A stretch of 64,000 bases of DNA, from NCBI GenBank assembly GCA_012295275.1, contig CM022678.1, positions 13,330,001 to 13,394,000 on the forward strand, written 5' to 3'. The notes below the pieces were generated by a model, which did no database searches, was not told the origin of the DNA, and worked only from the letters and a program-made list of their open reading frames with translations. The DNA is from Chrysomallon squamiferum. Lineage: Eukaryota > Animalia > Mollusca. Of the stretch, positions 13,301 to 25,447 are shown piece after piece; the first letter of the stretch is position 1, and each line of letters opens with the position of its first letter. The position numbers and the translations under genes were made by a program.

Positions 13301-16300
13301 ACTATCCCTGATAAATCCACCTTGATTATATATCACCACTTCTACACTATCCCTGATACATGCACCTTGATTATATATCACCAGGTCTACACTATTCCTG
13401 ATACATCCACCTTGATTATATATCACCAGTTTACACTATCCCTGATACATCCACCTTGATTATATATCACCACCACTTTACACTATCCCTGATACATCCA
13501 CCTTGATTATATATCCATCACTTTACACACTATCCCTGATACATCCACCTTTGATTATATATCACCACTTTTACACTATTCCTGATACATCCACCTTGAT
13601 TATATATCACCACTTCTACACTATCCCTGATATATCCACCTTGATTAAATATCACCACTTCTACACTATCCCTGATACATCCACCTCGATTATATATCAC
13701 CAGGTCTACACTATCCCTGATACATCCATCTTGATTATATATCACCAGGTCTACGCTATTCCGGCTACATCCACCTTGATTATATATCACCAGGTCTACA
13801 CTATCCCTGATACATCCACCTTGATTATATATCACCACTTCTACACTATCCCTGATACATCCACCTTGATTATATATCACCAGGTCTACACTATTCCTGA
13901 TACATCCACCTTGATTATATATCACCAGTTTACACTATCCCTGATACATCCACCTTGATTATATATCACCACTTTACACTATCCCTGATACATCCACCTT
14001 GATTATATATCGATGACTTTACACTACCCCTGATATATCCACCTTGATTATATATCCACCACTTCTACACTATCCCTGATATATCCACCTTGATTAAATA
14101 TCACCACTTCTACACTATCCCTGATACATCCACCTTGATTATATATCACCAGGTCTACACTGTCCCTGATACATCCATCTTGATTATATATCACCAGGTC
14201 TACGCTATTCTGGCTACATCCACCTTGATTATATATCACCAGGTCTATACTATCCCTGATACATCCACCTTGATTATATATCACCACTTCTACACTATCC
14301 CTGATACATCCACCTTGATTATATATCACCAGGTCTACACTATTCCTGATACATCCACCTTGATTATATATCACCAGTTTACACTATCCCTGATACATCC
14401 ACCTTGATTATATATCACCACTTTACACTATCCCTGATACATCCACCTTGATTATATATCCATCACTTTACACTATCCCTGATACACCCACCTTGATTAT
14501 ATATCACCACTTTACACTATTCCTGATACATCCACCTTGATTATATATCACCACTTCTACACTATCCCTGATATATCCACCTTGATTAAATATCACCACT
14601 TCTACACTATCCCTGATACATCCACCTTGATTATATATCACCAGGTCTACACTATCCCTGATACATCCATCTTGATTATATATCACCAGGTCTACGCTAT
14701 TCCGGCTACATCCACCTTGATTATATATCACCAGGTCTACACTATCCCTGATACATCCACCTTGATTATATATCACCACTTCTACACTATCCCTGATACA
14801 TCCACCTTGATTATATATCACCAGGTCTACACTATTCCTGATACATCCACCTTGATTATATATCACCAGTTTACACTATCCCTGATACATCCACCTTGAT
14901 TATATATCACCACTTTACACTATCCCTGATACATCCACCTTGATTATATATCACCACTTCTACACTATCCCTGATACATCCACCTTGATTATATATCCAC
15001 CACTTCTACACTATCCCTGATACATCCACCTTGATTATATATCCACCACTTTACACTATCCCTGCTACTTCAGTATACATACATGACTTCTGCTCCATCC
15101 CTATTACCATCATGCCATCTATACCCACCTTATTAAAACATCAACTTTTTACACCACCAAGTTGACATCACTTACCTCTGTTTCATCAGTTTCAATCGAT
15201 ATTTGTGAATCTGATCTGTCTGATTTGTCACTTGGTGGCGGCAAACTACTAGCCCGAACTTTCCTATTAGTTCTGCTTATTTCTGATCCAGAACGAAGCC
15301 ACTGTGTCCTTGACCTTGGTGATAGGTATGGCAGAAGGTGTTGGTCGGATTTATTCCGGGAAGCCTGGTTATAAGTGCAAACAAACATGCAATGATATAA
15401 TACCTCTTATTTTATATCGGAAATACCTGACATGCAGTCAGCAAATCTCGATATGCTATATTTGAGTTATTACAAGTTCTATCAGGATCTCACTTGACAT
15501 TTCAATGGATAATAACCCTCTGACTGTATTAAAAACACTGAAATATTTCATGAGATCCTCATAGGTCACATGTGACATATAAAATGAAAACAAAACAAAA
15601 TAAAAAATCGTGCACTGGGTATGTATCACATGCTCAACATCCCAAACAAAATAATGTTACTTCTGGTTAATATTAAATATGTGGGAAACTGTGAGAAAGT
15701 AAAACAAAACAAATGTAATCACAGAAACAGAAACAAAAATGTCTGTGAATTTTTAAATGATTTTTTCTTGTACCGTTTCTTCTATGGTAATTTTATTTCG
15801 TTTCTTTTCACTTTTTGGGATGTCGGGCGACTGTAGGGTGCGTGGGGAGAGATAAGGTAAAATATCATCATTCTTCTCTGTTTCTGTCTGAAAACAATTT
15901 TATCTTTAAACTTCAAAAACAAAACTCTAACAAACATCTAGTCAGAACAAAATACTGACTTTAATTGTTGTTCTTTTTTTTAAATAAAATTTATTTTGTT
16001 AAAATCTGCTATTTTTAAAAATAATTAAAACATAAATAAATGAATTCAAAAGTAAATTAAAATTATAAAAATGTTAATTTTAATTATATTTCAGTATAGC
16101 TATTGTTAACTGTTTCATATAGCAAAAATTTATTTTTAAATATTATAAAAGTAGCCAATACCTATACCCATACAAGGTCAGTGAGAACATCATAATATAA
16201 TACACACAGATTTTCTCTTTTTAATCTACACATTGTTACCATCATGTAATAATAAATTATGCATATGGTGAAGACAAAATAATTACAAAGTTACTCAGAA

Positions 16301-17578
16301 GGTTAAAATAAATAAATTATTTTAAAGAAGTAAATTCAAAATAAATAAATAAAATTAAATACTGTGTTAAATATAAATTAATTAAATTTTTTATTCTTTT
16401 AAAAACACTTCATGATGTATCGAAGTACCTTTCATCTGAATCTTTTCCAATTTAAAATCCCTTTTAACTACTTTTAATTAAAATGTTCTTCACAGGCTCT
16501 ATATTTAGTACCAGCAATTTCTTTTATTTAAATACTATTTCTGGACTTTTTGTTAAAATCCTATTTTTCTTCAGGTTATAACTTTTTCTTTTATTTAAAA
16601 TCCCCTTTTTATTTATTTTATTTGAAATAATAATTTATTAAGATAAATACAATTTTCCTTTTATTATTATCAACATCATCATTACTCCTAAAAGAAAAAC
16701 AATAAAATAAAAACTTACTCTAACTTTTCTTACACGTTCTATTTTTGCAATTTCTTCCAGTTTTCGTTTTATCTGTGCCTGTCGACTTCTCTCCAAGTCG
16801 AGAGTTTTGTGCACAATGGCCTGGGCTAACAGATCTTTGACATGCCTCTTGTGTTCTTTTTGTGCCATATTTAGTCGATAAGTATTTTCTGAAATAATCT
16901 CTCCATGACTTGACACCTAGTGAAAGAATAAAAATAAAAATAATGAAAGAAATACAGGGCCTAAAAGAAAAAGTTCTTAAAATAATATTAGTAAATAAAT
17001 AAATAAATATCTATATATATATTTCTTATTTCTTTATTTACTAATATTATTTTAAAAATATACATAAAGCAAAATTATACATCATTGTTTAATATATATA
17101 ACATAAGAAAACAAACATAATGCACATAAATAAATAATGAAAAAATAAAGTAAATATCCTGCAGTATTGTATATAATTAATAAAAATGAAACAAAATAAA
17201 ATAAAATAAAGATTTAAAACACTGACCAGTCCAGCTTTGCGAAGGTGTCTCTTCATTCTGGTGTTGGAGAAGTAACCAGCAAGATGTCCATCGCACAAGC
17301 TGTTGTATGCAGACAACGAACTGAAAATAACAATTAATCTTTTAAAGTATACTATGAACTGAAAATAATTTATATTATAACAACATGATGTAGACTTAAA
17401 ATGTCCAGTATTATAATCTTATAATGTAAACAGTGAAAATTTTATTAAAATAACAATAATAGTATTATAACTTTATGATATATATAACGAACTGAAATAA
17501 CATTAAATATTGACTTTATGATGTAAACAGTAGACAGAAAATTAAGTATTATGACTTTATCATATATACATACATATC

Positions 17579-17616
<38 letters not shown>

Positions 17617-19070
17617 TTTAACTAAGATAATAATGTAATGTAAACAATAAGAATAAAATAAACAGATCTAATAGAATGATCAGTTTGTTCAGAGACAGAA
17701 AGTATTATTTCTGCACACACTCACATACCTTAATAAATTTCAGCTTTGCAAATACTTTACACTTGTAAGTAAATATATTTCAACTGAAGTTTAAGGGATG
17801 TATATATGTGTGTATTTGTGTATTTTACTTTTCTCTTCCATTGTTTATTTCTTATCATAACAAATGACTTCTTTAATACACTTATTTCATCCAGTTCAAA
17901 TATGACCTTTTTGAAGTGTTTTTTCACCTCAAATCAGTGACCTGTTTCAATGAATTTTCTTATCTACCTTTTCATGTACATAAAGTTATTGCAAATACTT
18001 TGAAACTAGGCTATATCTGTTGCCTACTAAGCTTAATTAATAACGAAGTACACAAGAGAATATTGCTTAATGATTATATGGATGTCACCATTTTATATAG
18101 AACAAACCAGTTTATATTTAGGTCATTTCCAAATTAGTGACTAGAAAAAACCCCCAGACTTATCATAAATAATGTAATGTGATAATGTTACAACTGCAAA
18201 GTGGTGGAAATGTTTGTAACATTTCATTTTCAATCTGTTCTTAGTTATGTTTGGTTCAAGAAAATAATAACATTATTAGATTTGTTTATACCTATTCAGA
18301 TTTTTCACTTTAGGGTTTGAAAACACACAAAGGATAAATTACAAATATTATTTCATTAAAGGTACCTTACAATGTGAATACTGAAACAAATTTATCATGG
18401 TAACATAAAAACGGGTTAAACAAGATTTTTATGTTCATGGGAATGAGTTAATTTAGAAATTATTTTTATTTTATTATTTTGTGTTTTTCTTTCTACATTT
18501 GTTAGTATATGTAATTTACCCTGCAGATTTTAATGCACGTATATTCTTATATTCTCATTCATAAAACTTTTTTGTATACTTTATATCAGGATTAAAATAT
18601 TACTTTGTATTATATTAATTATGCATTTTCGCAAGTGTGTTTTATGTTTCTTTCTTAAAATGAAATATTAACTCTAAGGCATTTCAAAACATTGTTACGT
18701 GTGATGATATTTTATATTTATTATTAGAAACACACAAATACACATACAAACATACATCTGTGTATCATCTGTATGTGCATGCTCTATCTCAAAAGTTAAT
18801 AATTAATTGTGATCCGCCATTTGATTAACTAAACCATGCCATTACGATCTATTGACTATCAATTCGATTTTCATTTGTATCTTTTCACGTACATTAAACA
18901 GATCAATAATCCGAAGTTTGTATCTAAGAATAACATACGATTATGAACAATAGATAAATATATATTTTGTATAGATTTAACAGTATGCATAAACACGAAT
19001 TATATAAACAAGAACAAAAAATGTCGGAAACACATTTGAACTGACAATACCTGTGTTCAAAATGGCTCAT
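1355..19070 (-). CDS. ERICH3: Glutamate-rich protein 3-like (DUF4590) gene, 5' part; continues beyond the left edge
   Basis: Phase-consistent GT-AG exons: 19070-19051, 17320-17227, 16916-16719, 15887-15774, 15364-15176, 8025-7915, 4755-4555, 3667-3463, 2779-2593, 2199-2057, 1441-1355. Product begins MSHFEHSSLSAYNSLCDGHLAGYFSNTRMKRHLRKAGL and contains QQHCGGN...ETFSFESQRHHGYPFSLTIYVDG...STCCEYRH.KG.RLGG..GHF...PCYKC, matching recalled ERICH3 N-terminus and DUF4590 motifs, followed by Glu/Lys-rich sequence. Confidence 0.88.
3125..3457. repeat. Near-perfect 165-bp tandem duplication in ERICH3 intron
   Basis: ATTTAAAGATAAATGAATACCC... at 3131 and 3296; AAGACAAAAGGGC at 3241 and 3406 (period 165). 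Confidence 0.93.
4855..7933. repeat. Minisatellite of ~25-30-bp units (TCTAGATTTAATACTTACAGTATACACATG family), roughly 100+ copies, intronic
   Basis: Direct reading; left part alternates ..GTCTTAGTTTAAATACTTACAG.. and ..GACTAGATTTAA.. variants, right part is a 28-bp ..CTTACACTACACATG.. variant; right end merges with ERICH3 exon 8025-7915. Confidence 0.97.
8278..8478. repeat. ~101-bp tandem duplication (2 copies), intronic
   Basis: TACAAGCTCTA(G/A)AAGTAGTGTTT...TTCAAATTCTAAC occurs twice back-to-back. Confidence 0.85.
9795..15068. repeat. 45-bp minisatellite (TTGATTATATATCACCACTTCTACACTATCCCTGATACATCCACC), ~115 copies, intronic in ERICH3
   Basis: Direct reading; 44/46-bp indel variants interrupt the spurious 15-aa-repeat ORFs on both strands. 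Confidence 0.98.
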
Positions 19071-19228
19071 GTTGATGGTGATTTTCACACAACAGATAAC
19101 GGACGTTTCCTCCTTCAAATATATATTTTGTTCAATCCTCAATATCTGTTAATGAGATATACGTCAGAAATAAAACGTGTCAGTAGATATAAAGACATCC
19201 ATCTCCACTCTACCACCATAACAAGTTC

Positions 19229-19250
19229 GTTACCTGGGTGAATCACGTGA
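19229..19250 (-). promoter_or_regulatory. Candidate RFX X-box (GTTACCTGGGTGAA) plus E-box (TCACGTGA) upstream of ERICH3 start; second X-box-like site at 18391-18404
   Basis: Motif match ~160 bp upstream of ATG; RFX X-boxes typify ciliary gene promoters. Same motifs preserved in the duplicate at ~25606-25627. Confidence 0.5.
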
Positions 19251-19750
19251 CCAAACTTTCTGTTCAGTGTCGGAAAAAGACCAGCCAGGTGCGATCGACT
19301 TCGGAAATCTTCGACAATTTCCGAACATTTCCAAAGGCACCGACGAAATGTCACGAATCCCAACAAAGCACATGATTATAGTTTATTGTATTTTATAAGT
19401 GAGGCTATTCTAATATTATTAATTTCGCTTCTTACTCGATAATTTAAGATTGTATAATATATAGGTTTACGAAAAGCTATGAAGAAAATTAATATTACTC
19501 TGTAACACTGTGTGTATATGTACGTCTACATAATGTATAATACATCGGATATTTCCCAAAATAAAATATTTATCATGTAGGCAGTTAGTGTATAAATAAA
19601 GCAGGATAATTTTCATCAATATTTTTCCAATCACTTTAAAGTAAATCTGAGCCCTCGTAACCTAAGCTTTTTCGAACAGAGAGGGGAAATAACTCGTTCA
19701 AACCTATTAGTCTCCATTACTGCTTTCCCATCTGATTAGACCCTCTACAG

Positions 19751-22365
19751 CAGTGGTTCCCAACCTTTCAAATATAGCGACCCCAATCCTTAAAATATCT
19801 TATATATACATTCATTTTTTTGTACAACAAACTGTCATATATTGCCATTATTGAATTATAGATTATTTATTCGTGAAGTAACTATACATTCCGTAAATTC
19901 ATGATTTATTTCAAATTTATTCATAAAACATTCCAAAGCTCCTACAAACATTAATTAATTGCAAATCAATTCAAAATTATTCGAACACACAAATTTCCAC
20001 CGTTATGTAAAGTATGTTTATGAACTGACCTTAATGAGACGGCTGGTATTGCAGTTTTTTAGCTAGCAATTCTATCCTGGGCTCCGTTGTCGATACAGCA
20101 CACCTCAAGTCGTCTTCCACATTTAATTTATTTCGGTACTTGTTTTTAAGGATGAGAAGTTGGGAGAATGCTGCTTCACATAAGTAAGTTCTTGGGAACG
20201 GCAATAAATTCCTTATTGCGATTTCTGATATTACTGGGAATTTTTGGAAACTTTTTGCCCAAAATTCTTGTAGTTGCAGTTCACCAAACCATGATTTAGC
20301 TTCAAAATTGTTTGTTAAGTCGATGAACTCTTCTTCTGCTGCTTCAGGGACATCAGATACACTGGCATTGAAAGGGTTGATTGTAAGGGAGAAAGATTTG
20401 CAACATTCATCAGGAAAATAACTTCTTATTTGAACAGTAAGATTTTCCAAATGCTCTTGTATCAAGCCATATAAGTCATCGATGTTAATTTCATTTGCCG
20501 CTTCTTCAACAAATTGGGCAAGTGTTGGGAACATGTATAATTTCTTTTGGTTAATTTTGGTGATCCAGAGTTCCAATTTCATTTTGAAGACGATATCTTT
20601 TCAGACAAAGATATTATCGTACTTTCTTTACCCTATAATTCTGTATTAATATCTCAAAAATGTCGACCAGGTATACCAATTTGCACAACGTAAATTCATC
20701 CGTAAACAATGATTCATATTCGCTTGCATTTTGAGAAGCGAGAAATATTTGCAGCTCTTCTCTCAATTCAAAAAATCTTTTCAACGCCTTTCCTTTCGAG
20801 AGCCAACATTACCTCTGTGTAAAACAATAGTGCTTCATGCGTTGAACCCAAATCTTCACATAAAACTTTGAAGAGCCGTGTTGCAAGTAGCCTTGATTTA
20901 ACGACATTTACTGCTTCGATCACTCGGCTAAGCACTTCTTCGAATGGTTCAGGTAACGTCTTGGTAGCTAATACTTGTCGATGAATCATGCAGTGAGTCC
21001 CAATTACTTCTGGAGTTACTTTTTTAACTAACGATTGGAAGCCAGACTTACAGCCAAGCATTGCAGGTGCCCCGTCAGTACAAACTCCGCACAATTTCTC
21101 CCATTCAATTGAATGTTCTTTGAAGAAATCATCAATTAAATCAAAAATATCAGCAGCAGTAGTTGAAGATTGCAGACGCTTACAAAACAAGAAACCTTCT
21201 TTAATTTTTTAATTTTTATAATAACGAATATACACAAGAAGTTGTGCAAAGTTTGTCACATCAGTAGTTTCATCAAGCTGTATGCTGAACAGCCCAGTTG
21301 GAGTTTCTTTTAATTCTTGAATAATTTGGCATAAAATATCCTCGGACATATCTGTTATCCTTTGTTTTACCGTATTGTTTGACATGGATAGAGGCGATAC
21401 TTTATTTACTGCTTCAGGACCGATCATGAGACGTACAGTATCTTTGGTGCATGGAAAAATAAGATTCTCAGCTATTGTGTGTGGTTTTTAGCATGTGCTA
21501 TTCTTAATGCAACCGTGTATGAAGCTTCAATGGCGGCTAAATTTTTGTTTTGAAATAATCCACTGCTATCAAGCCGGCGGCTTTTGACACCAACAACTTT
21601 TGCTTTAAAAAAGTCAATACTTTTATCTTTCAAATTACTTTGGAGATGTCTTTGAAGTTTAGCTGGTTTCATAGACTCATGAGCAAGAACTTCCAAACAT
21701 ACTACACTGTGATCTTTCCACACCTGCAATAACTATGTCAGTGAAGCCCCACTTCAAGAAATCATCGCTGTACTTTCTCTTTCTTACACTCATTTTTAAA
21801 GGGTTAAGAATCACTCAAACAAAACTAACTACGTGTCACTGCACGTGCGAGTACAACACTAGGTAAGTGGGAGGCAGTGTTGCCAGATGGCTCATGCAGA
21901 AATCGGCTAGAACTAGCTTTGAAAATGGCTAAAAACTGGCTAGACTTAATAGTAAATGGCTAAAGAAAACGGCTAAATTTATCTGTGCATTTTTATGAAT
22001 AGTTTCTCAAGTATTCTTAAAAAAAATCTAGCCACTAAATGAAAAATTGTTCGGCCAGATGCTGCCAAATTTGGCTAAATCTAGTCGGAAATCATTTAAT
22101 TTGGTAACACTGGTGGGAGGAGCGACAGTGGTGGCGCGACAGTGGTGGCGCGACCAAAACAAAACAGAAACCAAACATGTTCAATACTGGCTCAGACGTT
22201 GTGTTGAGTGACTTAGGGAACTGTTACATTTAGTTTCATAGTATGAATTTTTATAACTGTCTTAATGTGTTTTTCACCGTGTTTTATATAATAGTCACAT
22301 TCGGCTCAAAATCAATTAACGACCCCATGGCATTGGGGTCGAGGCCCACAGGTTGGGAACCACTG
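19751..22365 (-). mobile_element. Full-length but frameshifted hAT (Buster/ZBED8/SCAND3-like) transposon
   Basis: 16-bp TIRs CAGTGGTTCCCAACCT (19751) / AGGTTGGGAACCACTG (ends 22365); 8-bp TSD CTCTACAG/CTCTATAG; transposase fragments 21793-20031 with SMKPAKLQRHL, FSIQLDETTD, VCTDGAPAMLG, HCMIHR, TYLCEAAFS, QYQPSH*; empty site CTCTATAG at 26122-26129 in the duplicate. Confidence 0.96.
21875..22112. mobile_element. 238-bp MITE nested in the 5' non-coding part of the hAT element
   Basis: Imperfect TIRs CAGTGTTGCCAGA / TTTGGTAACACTG, perfect 8-bp TSD GTGGGAGG (21867-21874 and 22113-22120), internal GGCTA(A/G) repeats. Confidence 0.9.
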
Positions 22366-22460
22366 CTCTATAGTTTCAACTGATTGTTTGTCCAGGATAG
22401 ACGAAATAGTTAATTTCAGCGTATGTTTACATAAATGGATATTTTTCGAGCGCGCGCGCG

Positions 22461-22522
<62 letters not shown>

Positions 22523-22793
22523 TTATGTTTCTACGTCTCTGAATTTATAATTTTTTAAATCTGGTTTGAAGAACATAAATGTGTCTCTTTTTCTTCTCAT
22601 TCTCTTTGACCTTTCTTTCGCACTCTCCTCAGTGTTATTAACAAGCCGAAAGTATAGAGAAACAAGTAAATCACAATTTTAATGAATCAGTGATATTTTC
22701 ACTGATTTCTGAATCAACTTTGTACACACTGATATTTTTTTTTTAATTATTATTATTCATTCATTTATATATATACACATACAGACACAGACA

Positions 22794-22854
<61 letters not shown>

Positions 22855-22946
22855 TTAATTTCATGTTCATGAATGGTAATGATAATAACAGTGATAATGG
22901 AACTGTTGTGGCGTAGTAAAGGTTGTAGCTTTGGTGATGTCGGTGT

Positions 22947-22994
22947 TAATATCCGTCCGGTATTCCATGTTTACTATAGTCACTTTTTTTTTTC
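22947..22994 (-). pseudogene. Orphan, internally deleted copy of GGT last exon (intact acceptor, 3'UTR copy extends leftwards)
   Basis: Matches 26920-26957 and the acceptor at 27069-27080; ~110 bp of exon replaced by a T-run. Confidence 0.88.
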
Positions 22995-23056
22995 CTGTGA
23001 GAAATTTAAAATAAAAATGTTTAAACATATCAGCCTGAATAAATATATTTTAATTA

Positions 23057-23061
<5 letters not shown>

Positions 23062-23128
<67 letters not shown>

Positions 23129-23282
23129 ATATCCACCACTTTACACTATCCCTGCTACATCCACCTTGATTATATATCACCACTTTACACTATTCCTGAT
23201 ACATCCACCTTGATTATATATCACCAGGTCTACACTATTCCTGATACATCCACCTTGATTATATATCACCAGGTCTACACTA
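23062..23282. repeat. (GA)n microsatellite followed by ~3.5 units of the 45-bp minisatellite; duplication junction
   Basis: (GA)n 23062-23123, then units identical in type to 9795-15068, then sequence matching 15907 onward. Confidence 0.93.
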
Positions 23283-24097
23283 AACTTCAAAAACAAAACT
23301 CTAACAAACATCTAGTCAGAACACAATACTGACTTTAATTGTTGTTCTTTTTTTTAAATAAAATTTATTTTGTTAAAATCTGCTATTTTTATAAATAATT
23401 AAAACATAAATAAATCAATTCAAAAGTAAATTAAAATTATAAAAATGTTAATTTTAATTATATTTCAGTATAGCTATTGTTAACTGTTTCATATAGCAAA
23501 AATTTATTTTTAAATATTATAAAAGTAGCCAATACCTATACCCATACAACGTCAGTGAGAACATCATAATATAATACACACAGATTTTCTCTTTTTACTC
23601 AACACATTGTTACCATCATGTAATAATAAATTATGGTTATGGGGAAGACAAAATAATTACAAAGTTACTCAGAAGGTTAAAATAAATAAATTATTTTAAA
23701 GAAGTAAAATCAAAATAAATAAATAATATTAAATACTTATTAAATATAAATTAATTAATTATTTTTATTCATTTAAAAACACTTCATGATGTATCCAAAT
23801 ACCTTTCATCTAAATCTTTTTAAAATCAGTTTAAAATCCCTTTTAACTACTTTTAATTAAAATGTTCTTCACAGGCTATATATTTAGTACCAGCAATTTC
23901 TTTTATTTAAATACTATTTCTGGACTTCTTGTTAAAATCCTATTTTTCTTCAGGTTATAACTTTTTCTTTTATTTAAAATCCCCTTTTTATTTATTTTAT
24001 TTGAAATAATAATTTATTAAGATAAATACAATTTTCCTTTTATTATTATCAACATCATCATTACTCCTAAAAGAAAAACAATAAAATAAAAACTTAC

Positions 24098-25447
24098 TCT
24101 AACTTTTCTCACACGTTTTCTATTTGCAATTTCTTCCTCTTTTCGTTTTATCTGTGCCTGTTGACTTATTTCCAAGTCGAGAGTTTTGTTCACAATGGGC
24201 TGGGCTGAACGATCTTTGACACACCTCTTGTGTTCTTTTTGTGCCATATTTAGTCGATAAGTATTTTCTGAAATAATCTCTCCTTGACTTGACACCTAGT
24301 GAAAGAATAAAAATAAAAATAATGAAAGAAATACAGGACCTAAAAGAAAAAGTTCTTCAAATAATATTAGTAAATAAATAAATAACAAATATATATATAT
24401 ATATTTCTTATTTCTTTATTTACTAATATTATTTTAAATATATACATAAAGCAAAATTATACATCATTGTTTAATATATATAACATAAGAAAACAAACAT
24501 AACGCACATAAATAAATAATGAAAAAATAAAGTAAATATCCTGCAGTATTGTATATAATTAATAAAAATGAAACAAAATATTATAAAATAAAGATTTAAA
24601 ACACTGACCAGTCCAGCTTTGCGAAGGTGTCTCTTCATTCTGGTGTTGGAGAAGTAATCAGCGAGATGTTCATCGCGCAAGCTGTTGTATGCAGACAACG
24701 AACTGAAAATCACAATTAATCTTATAAAGTATACTATGAACTGAAAATAATTTATATTATAACAACATGATGTAGACTTAAAATGTCCAGTATTATAATC
24801 TTATAATGTAAACAGTGAATTTTTTGTATTAAAATAACAATAATAGTATTATAACTTTATGATATATATAATGAACTGAAATAACATTAAACATTGACTT
24901 TATAATGTAAACAGTAGACAGAAAATGAAGTATTATGACTTTATCATATATACAAATATATATACACATACACACACACACACATACACACACACACATT
25001 TAACTAAGAAAATAATGTAATGTAAACAATAAGAATAAAATAAACAGATCTAATAGAATGATCAGTTTGTTCAGAGACAGAAAGTATTATTTCTGCACAC
25101 ACTCACATACCTTAATAAATTTCAGCTTTGCAAATACTTTACACTTGTAAGTAAATATATTTCAACTACCTACCTAAGCTTAATTAATAACGAAGTACAA
25201 AGGCAAGACAATATAGCTTAATGATTATATATTTTACGATCTATTGACTATCAATTCGATTTTCATTTGTGTCTTTTCACGTACATCAATAATCCGCATA
25301 ATAAGAATAACATACGATTATGAACAATAGATAAATATATATTTTGTATAGATTTAACAGTATGCATAAACACGAATTATATAAACAAGAACAAAAAATG
25401 TCGGAAACACATTTGAACTGACAATACCTCTGTTCAGAATTGCTCAT
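24098..25447 (-). pseudogene. Duplicated ERICH3 exons 1-3 (25447-25428, 24702-24609, 24295-24098); pseudogene or young gene/alternative 5' end
   Basis: Same exon lengths (20, 94, 198 nt), intact ATG and splice sites, no stop or frameshift; MSNSEQSSLSAYNSLRDEHLADYFSNTRMKRHLRKAGLVSSQGE... Confidence 0.8.

Larger units (their letters stand above)
15907..23062. repeat. Segmental duplication copy A (ERICH3 exons 1-3 + promoter + orphan GGT 3' end), interrupted by hAT 19751-22365
   Basis: 15907-19750 matches 23282-26129 (with deletions in copy B) and 22377-23062 matches ~26311-27138. Confidence 0.93.

Noticed and set aside
9795-15068. Repetitive protein ORFs (IIYHHFYTIPDTSTL / VVIYNQGGCIRDSVE) or a CRISPR-like array
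   Set aside because: Head-to-tail units without unique spacers, frequent frameshifting indels, intronic location, eukaryotic context, no cas genes.
20031-21793. Domesticated ZBED/SCAND3-like host gene
   Set aside because: Several frameshifts and intact TIR/TSD indicate a decaying transposon.
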